From contig CAVPOM010000004.1 in NCBI GenBank assembly GCA_963707025.1, positions 96,001 through 160,000 on the forward strand: a DNA stretch of 64,000 nt, in the 5' to 3' direction. Below, piece by piece: positions 56,806 to 64,000 of this stretch. The stretch's first letter is position 1; each line of letters begins with the position of its first letter. This stretch comes from an uncultured Verrucomicrobiae bacterium. GTDB lineage: Bacteria; Verrucomicrobiota; Verrucomicrobiia; Limisphaerales; Palsa-1400. The notes under the pieces are model-generated. The model did not search any database. It saw only the letters and a list, made by a program, of their open reading frames with translations, and was not told the DNA's origin. A program made the translations under genes and the position numbers.

Positions 56806-56879
56806 GGTCTGCAAGCATTAAAGTGATGCAACTGCCTTTTGAGCCGTTGAACCGGGAGCGTTACCCGGGCGGGCCACCA
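56806..56879 (+). tRNA. tRNA-Lys(UUU)
   Basis: ggtctgc/gcgggcc-a-cca; gcat-taaagtg-atgc; loop cttttga; ccggg-agcgtta-cccgg; one anticodon-stem mismatch. Confidence 0.75.
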
Positions 56880-57654
56880 TTTGGGCCGTGCCAAGATGCA
56901 CCGCCTCCAGCCGGGGACGTTTTGGGTGAAATTGCCCTTCGACGGGGCTGCCCGGCCAAAGGCGGTCCAGCAAGTGGTGCCGGCACCACGACCAGGATTC
57001 GGCCATGCGAGCCCAACGGCTCCGTGCGTTCCGCTCCGGCATGGGCTGCTGCCAGGCATCATCCGTCCCCGGCAAGCCGAGGGCCTGGGCCAGCGCCGCC
57101 GCGATCCGGGCGTGGCCTTCGGCGTTCACATGGAAACGGTCCTCGCTCCAGAGTCGCGGGTCGGAGCCAACCGGGTATGCGGCGAAGTCAATGAGGCGGG
57201 CGCCGGTGGAAGCTGCGGCCTCGCGGATGGTGTCATTCATGGCCCGGACCCGGGGAGCCAGGAGACGGCCGATCGGCATGACGCCGGTGAGGTCCGGGAG
57301 CGTGAAAGTCAACACGACTGCTTTCCCGCCGACGAGCGCCCCCAGCATGCACTCGAGTTCTGCCCGCAGCTTGGCAGCATCGAAACTGCGTTCGAGGATG
57401 TCATTCGAGCCCGCGAAAACCGTCGCGAGGTCGGGCTTCATTGCACGCGCTGGTCCAAGCTGCTCCTCGCGGATTTCCCGGGAGCGCTTGCCGCGCACAC
57501 CCAGGTTAGCGTAGAGCAACCCGCCCTGCGCTTGCGCCACGCGCTCTGCCAGACGGTTCGCCCAGCCACGGTAACCGCCCGCCCCATCCGGGTCTTGGAG
57601 CCCCTCGGTGGAACTGTCGCCGATCGCGACGTAGCGATCGAATCGGAGCGTCAT
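56818..57654 (-). CDS. SGNH/GDSL hydrolase
   Basis: VAIGDSSTEG, NLGVRG, GSND, DRFH; 3' end overlaps tRNA-Lys antisense. Confidence 0.9.
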   Translation of the reverse strand: MTLRFDRYVAIGDSSTEGLQDPDGAGGYRGWANRLAERVAQAQGGLLYANLGVRGKRSREIREEQLGPARAMKPDLATVFAGSNDILERSFDAAKLRAELECMLGALVGGKAVVLTFTLPDLTGVMPIGRLLAPRVRAMNDTIREAAASTGARLIDFAAYPVGSDPRLWSEDRFHVNAEGHARIAAALAQALGLPGTDDAWQQPMPERNARSRWARMAESWSWCRHHLLDRLWPGSPVEGQFHPKRPRLEAVHLGTAQMVARPGNAPGSTAQKAVASL

Positions 57655-57759
57655 GACGATATTGTGCGGGATGGCAACGGGGCACGTCTATGTGAACTTG
57701 AAGAAGATGCATTTTCAAACCGGCGGATTTACCCCGTTTTCGGACCGCCACTGACATTT

Positions 57760-57834
57760 TGCCGGGTCGTCTAATTCGTAGGACACTGCCCTTTGAAGGC
57801 GCTTATGTTGGTGCAAATCCAGCCCCGGCAGCCA
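57760..57834 (+). tRNA. tRNA-Gln(UUG)
   Basis: tgccggg/cccggca-g-cca; loop ctttgaa; gttgg-tgcaaat-ccagc. Confidence 0.8.
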
Positions 57835-57839
57835 ATTTT

Positions 57840-57913
57840 CGCCCGGTGGTGAAATAGGATCACGTCCGGCCTACACCCGGAAATCGAGGGGGCAGAACCT
57901 TCCCGGGCGACCA
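57840..57913 (+). tRNA. tRNA-Val(UAC)
   Basis: cgcccgg/ccgggcg-a-cca; tccgg-cctacac-ccgga (C33); gaggg-ggcagaa-ccttc. Confidence 0.78.
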
Positions 57914-57914
57914 T

Positions 57915-57989
57915 TGCCTCGTTGCATAATCAGGAGTGCGCCGGTCTCTGACACCGGAAGACCTGGAGCAAAACCAGGCGAGGCAGCCA
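57915..57989 (+). tRNA. tRNA-Gln(CUG)
   Basis: tgcctcg/cgaggca-g-cca; ccggt-ctctgac-accgg; cctgg-agcaaaa-ccagg. Confidence 0.82.
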
Positions 57990-58046
57990 ATTTCATCGTG
58001 AACCCTAATCCCGACCGGCGGGGGTCGAATCGAAATAAATCATTTT

Positions 58047-58091
58047 TATCTTGTTTTTATGATAAACCTTATTTATCCTGTTTACATGATA
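58047..58091 (+). promoter_or_regulatory. Two HipB-type operators
   Basis: TATC-N10-GATA at 58047-64 and 58074-91, matching the geometry of the E. coli hip operator TATCC-N8-GGATA. Confidence 0.75.
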
Positions 58092-58336
58092 TGACGGACT
58101 ACCCGATCAAAACGCCGCAACAGCTTGGCTCTGTGCTCCAAGGATATCGGAGGGAGCAGAGACTGACCCAACAGGCGGTCGGAGCCAAAGTGGGGCTCGC
58201 GCAAAACGCCGTTTCGCAAATTGAGGCCGACCCGGGGAGCGCCGGATTGGCGCGAATCTTCAAGTTATTGGCCGCCCTCGATCTTGAACTTGTCGTGCGG
58301 CCGAGGAAAGCAAACGCACGCCAGTCAGACTGGTGA
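58091..58336 (+). CDS. hipB: HipB-like XRE HTH antitoxin
   Basis: TPQQLG, LTQQAVGAKVGLAQNAVSQIE, terminal W. Confidence 0.9.
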   Translation: MTDYPIKTPQQLGSVLQGYRREQRLTQQAVGAKVGLAQNAVSQIEADPGSAGLARIFKLLAALDLELVVRPRKANARQSDW

Positions 58337-58339
58337 CGT

Positions 58340-59668
58340 ATGGGCAGGCGTCGAAAGTCCCGCTCCCTCTCCGTGTGGATGAACGGGGAGAAGGTTGGTG
58401 ATTGGCGTGTGGCGGCCACCGGCCAGGAATTCCTCTACGCGGAGAGATGGCTCTCCTCTCCTGCCGCCAGACCCATTTCGCTGTCGTTGCCGTTGCGCCC
58501 TTCCCAAGAACCGTATCGCGATGGCGTGGAAGCATTCTTCGATAATCTGCTGCCTGATAATCGTCAAATCCGCGAGCGAATCCAGCGCCGATTCAATACC
58601 CGGTCGGTTGGGGCGTTCGACCTGTTGCAAGAAATAGGGCGGGATTGTGTTGGCGCGTTGCAATTGATGCCGGAAGACGAGCCACCGCCCGGCATACAGC
58701 AAATCACTGGCGAGCGCCTGACACCAACCGGAGTCGAGCAACTTCTATCCGGGACCTTGGCCCCGACGTTCCATGAAGCAGAGGCGGATGAGGACGCCTT
58801 CCGGATTTCGTTGGCGGGAGCGCAAGAAAAGACGGCGCTGTTGTGGCACAAAGGCGCCTGGCTGCGGCCGACGCATGCGACCCCCACAACGCATATTCTC
58901 AAGCTCCCCATGGGGATCAACACCCAGGGAATTGATCTTTCAACGTCGGTGGAAAACGAATGGCTATGCGCGCAAATAGCAGAGGCGTATGGCATCGAGG
59001 TGGCGAAATGCCGGATCGAAACGTTTGGCCAGTACAAGACACTCGTCGTGGAGCGGTTTGATCGGAGGCTGGCCCCTGATCGGACGTGGCATCTGCGATT
59101 ACCGCAGGAGGACCTTTGCCAGGCGACCACCACGCCCCCGGCACTGAAATACGAGAGCGATGGCGGCCCAGGCATTGCTGTCGTCATGGACCTGTTGCTG
59201 GGTTCGGAGCGAGCGGTTGAGGATCGCCGGGATTTTATGCGCACCCAATTGGTATTCTGGATGCTGGCGGCGATCGACGGCCACGCCAAAAACTTCAGCC
59301 TGTTTATTCTGCCGGGCGGTGCGTATCGGCTGACGCCGCGATATGACATTATGTCCGCCTATCCAATTCTGGGGCACGGCCGCGGCAAGTTGGCGCCGGA
59401 CAAGATCCGAATGGCCATGGCCGTAACGGGGAAGAGTCGTCATTATCGGTGGAAAGAAATTCACGCTCGGCACTGGATCGATACGGCGAGGCGCCAGGGA
59501 CTTGGAGATATGGAGCAAATTATGTCGGATGTGATCGCACGGACACCGGCGGCGATTGACCTGGTGCGCAACATGGTGCCGAGGGGATTTCCTGCTCAGA
59601 TTGCCGAGGCAATACTCGGCGGAATTGAAACGCGCGCAGAACAGCTCAATGCGGAGTTGTCGGACTAA
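58340..59668 (+). CDS. hipA: HipA Ser/Thr kinase toxin
   Basis: ISLAGAQEK, VERFDR, QEDLCQA, DGHAKNFS, LTPRYD. Confidence 0.95.
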   Translation: MGRRRKSRSLSVWMNGEKVGDWRVAATGQEFLYAERWLSSPAARPISLSLPLRPSQEPYRDGVEAFFDNLLPDNRQIRERIQRRFNTRSVGAFDLLQEIGRDCVGALQLMPEDEPPPGIQQITGERLTPTGVEQLLSGTLAPTFHEAEADEDAFRISLAGAQEKTALLWHKGAWLRPTHATPTTHILKLPMGINTQGIDLSTSVENEWLCAQIAEAYGIEVAKCRIETFGQYKTLVVERFDRRLAPDRTWHLRLPQEDLCQATTTPPALKYESDGGPGIAVVMDLLLGSERAVEDRRDFMRTQLVFWMLAAIDGHAKNFSLFILPGGAYRLTPRYDIMSAYPILGHGRGKLAPDKIRMAMAVTGKSRHYRWKEIHARHWIDTARRQGLGDMEQIMSDVIARTPAAIDLVRNMVPRGFPAQIAEAILGGIETRAEQLNAELSD

Positions 59669-59703
59669 ATTCGCATTCAACAAAGATCAAACACCGGAGA
59701 AGG

Positions 59704-60966
59704 TCAGGGACCGGGTACGGCCAGGCTGTCATGCAGAATTAAAACAAGGTCGTCTGCGTCATTCGGTTCGGGGATGACCCAACGCGAACCGGCAACCAGT
59801 TTGGGGACGGCGTTATTGCCGTTCTGGATGGTCTGGCCATAAATCTGAATGGAGGTTTGCATATACCGGGCGATCCAGGGGTCGGCCCAAGCGGCGTCGA
59901 ATTTCCCCCGGCCGACCAGTTCGGCCGCTTTGGCCCTGGCGGCGTCGAGGCTTCGCGGCTGCCAGCGGTCACCGGACTCAAACGAGAACATCCAGCGGTC
60001 GAAGCCAGGAAAGGCATCGCGTTTGGCCACCCAAACCGCCAGGCCAACCCTGGCCAGTTCGCAGGAGTCCTTGAATTCATCCACGTTCCGGGGAACAAAA
60101 GGGTTGCAGTTGGTGTTCAACGGCGCCGGACACAGCACAAAGGCCAGCTTGCCGCCGTAGCGGCGAATTACCCCGTCGAGCATCAAATGCAATTGCTGGC
60201 AATGGGGGCATTGATAATCAAAGAGCAGGTTGACGACATAGGGCGCGTCGGGCGAACCGACCACCGGCGCGGCGTGCGGATCAATGGCGGTCAGGTTCTC
60301 CTGCGACTCGCCGCCGCGATAGACGGCCTTGGGAGTGAAGGCGACTTGGCCTGCCGCCAGGATACCGGCCAAGGCCAGACCAACCAGGGCTGGGCCGATC
60401 GTGGCCAAACGGCCGATCACCGCGCCCGTTGTGGCATTCGGCGCAGTTGGCGCCGCAGCCCCGCCGTCTGGTCCCAGCGCGGGATTCGTCGGCGCAACGT
60501 CGGTTGAACCATCGTCGAATTGCATGGGCGCTCGCCAGATTACCAAAGCTGCCAGCAGGAGGCCGGTGATGTGCGTGGCCATGCAATACGGGCAGAAGGC
60601 CCCAATGACCCATTTCTGCACGATGGTGAACCACACGGCACTTCCGGCTGCCGCCCCGGCCAGAACTAACATAGCGCGCCAAGCCAGCCGCCGGAGCGGT
60701 GCCGCCGTGGCCGGACTAATGAAAAAGCTGGCCAACAACAGCGCCAGGTACGCCCCTTCCGCCAGACCGCTGACGGGCAACACCCCGCCGATTGCCGACC
60801 ACCGGCTGTTGAGCACTTTGTCGCACGGGCTCCCGCCCCCGCAGCCGATGACCGACCCGCCAAGTAGGTAATGCCAGCCCAGATAGCCGCTCAACGCCAG
60901 TGCCAGCAGGTTCAATCCCGTCAAGACCCAGCGCCAACAGGGCCAGGACCGACGAAAACGAGTCAT
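59704..60966 (-). CDS. VKOR domain fused to DsbA/thioredoxin domain
   Basis: GCGGGSPCDKVLNSRWS, FCPYCM (VKOR); FDYQCPHC (DsbA). Confidence 0.9.
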   Translation of the reverse strand: MTRFRRSWPCWRWVLTGLNLLALALSGYLGWHYLLGGSVIGCGGGSPCDKVLNSRWSAIGGVLPVSGLAEGAYLALLLASFFISPATAAPLRRLAWRAMLVLAGAAAGSAVWFTIVQKWVIGAFCPYCMATHITGLLLAALVIWRAPMQFDDGSTDVAPTNPALGPDGGAAAPTAPNATTGAVIGRLATIGPALVGLALAGILAAGQVAFTPKAVYRGGESQENLTAIDPHAAPVVGSPDAPYVVNLLFDYQCPHCQQLHLMLDGVIRRYGGKLAFVLCPAPLNTNCNPFVPRNVDEFKDSCELARVGLAVWVAKRDAFPGFDRWMFSFESGDRWQPRSLDAARAKAAELVGRGKFDAAWADPWIARYMQTSIQIYGQTIQNGNNAVPKLVAGSRWVIPEPNDADDLVLILHDSLAVPGP

Positions 60967-61120
60967 TTCTTCGTAAGGAACCAAAGTTCCGATCCTTTCG
61001 AGCGTTAGTTTCACAGAGAAACCGAAAGCTCCGCAGCACACCTTCGAGCCGCGGAGCCTTGGTCTGTGTTGTCCGGGACGGTTCGAGCTACTGCCGTTTA
61101 ATTCAGTTCCACAACCGTGC

Positions 61121-64000
61121 TCACGGAGTTCTCCTGGAATACTGGTTGGGCGCACCGGGCGTGGGACCGCTGCCGCCGAGCTGCGCCCCGCTGGCGTGCG
61201 CCTTGGTCAATGCAGCGGCGAGGGTGATGCCGGAGCCGGACACCTGAGCACCCACCGCGTGCGCAATGGCGAGCGGTGCGGCAACCGTGATTGAGACGCC
61301 GCCAAAGCCGCCCCGACCACCGCGGCCACCGCGGCCACCGCCGGTGACGGAGGCGACCAACGCCGTCTCAAGGTTTGTGCCACTGTCAATGGTGATGGTC
61401 TGGCCGGCGCCAAAGCCCGCCGCGCTGGCGACAGGGATAACGGTCGCGCCCACCTCGGTGCCAGTGCCGACCGTGCTGGCGCCCGGCGTGCCAACCGTCG
61501 CGATGACGACGGTCTCGCGGTTCGCGCCCGTGTCAATAGTAATCTTCTGGCCGGCGGCAAAGTCTCCCAGGCTGGCGACTTTGATATTGTTCGCGCCGGC
61601 GGCTGAAGAGGCCACCAAGGTGATGGCGGTCTGCATCAGGAAATCGCGGCAGTTGCTGCCGGAGTCGGCGCCGTCCGGAAAGCGGCCCGCGCTCCTCATG
61701 GGCGCGCCGGCGGTCGGACCGCCCCGCCCGCCGAAGCCCCCTCTGCCCCCGCCGGGCGCAGGCGCGAAGCATCCCCCGGATCCGGCACCGCCTTGGTAAC
61801 CCTCGGCGGACCAGGGGTCAACGAGGCCACCGTAATTGAGGCTGTCCACGACCAGGCTGGCGGCGTCACGCAGCACCATGCTGCCGGCGCTTGGGGAGAG
61901 AGCGGGCCCGCCAAACCACTGGTTGGGTGCCGGAGGCCCTTGGTAGCCCGCGGTCGTGACTGCGGGGTCACGCACCACCGCATCACTCGCGTGGTCTTTG
62001 GCCAGGGGGCGCTCGATCGTGATGCCGGTGCCGAGCGGCTGAAGGGGCTCGATTGCTCGAATGGGCAAAAGCCGTCGCCGGCTTGAAGCTGATCCCCGTT
62101 CCCCTGACGCTGAAGGGCATGTTGTTCGCATGGTTGAACTTCAGCGGGGCGGCCAGTTCGATCGTGCCCTGACCCCCTCCGCCACGTCCGCCGCGACCGC
62201 CACCGACCGCCGCCCGCGTGTCAACCCGCGTGACCGTGACAATCTCAATTCCGTGGTCCTTGCTGTCAATGTCCAACGTGATCTTGTCGCCGACTGAAAT
62301 ATTAGCGGCGTTCCTCACCCGGATGGCGGTGTCGCCAGCTTTCGCTTCCGCCGCCAGGGCGGTTTGCGTGCCCGGCTTGCCGACCTCAGTAACCGTGACC
62401 ACCTCGTACTTTTCCACGTCCCTCCCGACAGCGGGATAAGTGGCACCGTAACCGATGCCGATCTTCTCGCCAACCTCGACCGCGAAGCCGCCACCGCCAC
62501 CGAAACCCCCGCCACCGCCGGTGTAAGGCACGCTGGTCGAGCCGGCGGGAATCGTGATCACCGGTCCGTCGGGGAGGGGCTGCCACAGCGTCGTGCTGTT
62601 GCCTGCCGCCGTCCCGAGGCTGGCGATCTTGCGGGTTTCCACGCCGGAGCCGGTGTCAATTTCAATCGTATCACCGGCCGACATGCCGCTCGTGCTTCTG
62701 ACGTAGAGGGTGGTATCACCCTTGTGCGCGAGAACCGCCAGCCCGGAGTTGGCCAAGCCGAGCAGGTAGAAGCTTTTGCCCGCGAGTTTCGTTCCAGACG
62801 GGATCTGCACCGACGAGAAGATGGCCTGCTGGGCGGCGTGCTCGGTCAGTGTCCAGCCGGAGATGTCCACGGAGCTGGCGCCAGCGTTGTAGAGCTCGAT
62901 GAAGGAGTTCGCCGGGTCAACAGCAAACTCATTGATCTTGATCGGGCTGACGTTCCGCACCTTCTCGACCATTTTCTCGGATTGCGCCCGGCCGCTGGTC
63001 GGCTCGTCCACGAGGCGTTGGCGACCAGGTCGCCATTGAAGGCCGCCCGCGCCGAGGTGATCTTGAAGGTCGCGCTCACGCTCGCCCCCGGCGCGACCGG
63101 ATCCGGGAACGTCTTTGAGGTCCCAGAGGCGCCGGAGACCACGGAGGTCCACCCTTTGGGCGCGGCAATGCTCAACTTGACTCCCACGGCGGGCGCCCCT
63201 GTGGCATTCGTGAAAGTCACGGTGGTGTCCTGCGAGGACCCCGGTGAGAACGTCTGGAGTCCCGGCGGCGTGGTCGCTGCCGACGCCGGCGCCAGGCTTA
63301 GCGTCGGCACGTCGTACTTGGCAGCCACAACATTGGCCTGCACCTTCTGGTCGGTGGCGTCCGTCGGGAAAGTCCCTCCGGCCGTCATCGCGCCTTCATA
63401 GAAGGTGCCCTGCGAGCCGTTGCTGTTGTCGCCGCCGTTGCCCAGGAGGATGGCTCCCTGCTTGCGCATCGGGTCATAGGAGTTGTTGACGCGGGGTCCG
63501 GTCGAACATGACTTTCAGCTCGCCGCTCCGCGCGTCGCCGCCCATGGAGGTCCAGTGGTGCGGTTCGCCCTTGGCCATCGCGGTGACGAATCGCCAGTTG
63601 ATGATTGGCAGGCCTGGACAGTTTCTCGATCCATCCGGGTTGACACAACCCACCAGATTGTTTTCCTGGTCGGTCATGATCCACGGGCCGGGGGCGGGGC
63701 CGCGATACCAGTTGCCGGCGCTGCCGTAGTAGGTGGTTTCCATGGTGCCGTTCCCGTCGTCGCGGCTGTCCGTCTCGGCGTTCCCGTAGTCGAAGCAGCA
63801 GCCGCCGTTGTAGTGATGGCCGTTCACGACCCAATACTGCCCCTCCGCCTGATCGTCCACTGCCGTGCCGTGCGCGTTATTCCAGCGCAGGCCCATGCCC
63901 GGCGCGATGAAGACGCCGTAGGCCTTGTGGCCCATGATCCTTATCGGCGCCCAATCGGCGACCGGGACGTTGTTAAACCCACCCAAGGCATGGCCGCTGA
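61121..64000 (-). pseudogene. GH54 alpha-L-arabinofuranosidase B with NEW3-like and lamin-tail-like domains; at least 3 frameshifts; 5' end off window
   Basis: GGCCFDYGNAE, DQENNL, KQGAILLGNGGDNS..GTFYEG, IKINEF..FIELYN. Pieces change frame near 63500, 62990 and 62050-61985. Confidence 0.85.

Overview
GC-rich bacterial accessory region, probably Verrucomicrobiota/PVC (inferred from the prepilin H-X9-DG gene, the Ig/FG-GAP/RCC1 surface protein and the CAZyme set). It is heavily rearranged and partly decaying. Contents: (i) 1-17.8 kb: a repetitive secreted protein and a glycan-utilisation block (GH92, GH76, two GH2, GH116-like, lactonases), with many truncated genes. (ii) 20.8-29.8 kb: a methionine-sulfoxide repair island (DUF1223, IS3-split peroxiredoxin-like gene, SDR, MsrBA, ECF sigma, MsrP, an MsrQ-FNR-ferredoxin fusion, zf-HC2 anti-sigma) with three copies of a TGTAAG-N14-CGCGAC promoter motif. 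(iii) 35-51.7 kb: scattered pieces of a DUF3150/DUF1257/DUF2997/SWIM/Ycf46-type AAA module interleaved with cargo (BlaI/M56, prepilin, pectate lyase, 1570-aa surface protein) and IS4 elements. (iv) 54.7-58 kb: an array of 13 non-canonical tRNA genes, invisible in the ORF track, split by two antisense genes and followed directly by hipBA. Its tRNAs have G55 T-loops and include four short-arm tRNA-Leu, an 8/4 tRNA-Ser, a long-arm UAU tRNA and Arg-UCG. (v) VKOR-DsbA and a frameshifted GH54 gene. All family calls come from motif recognition by eye; no searches were run.
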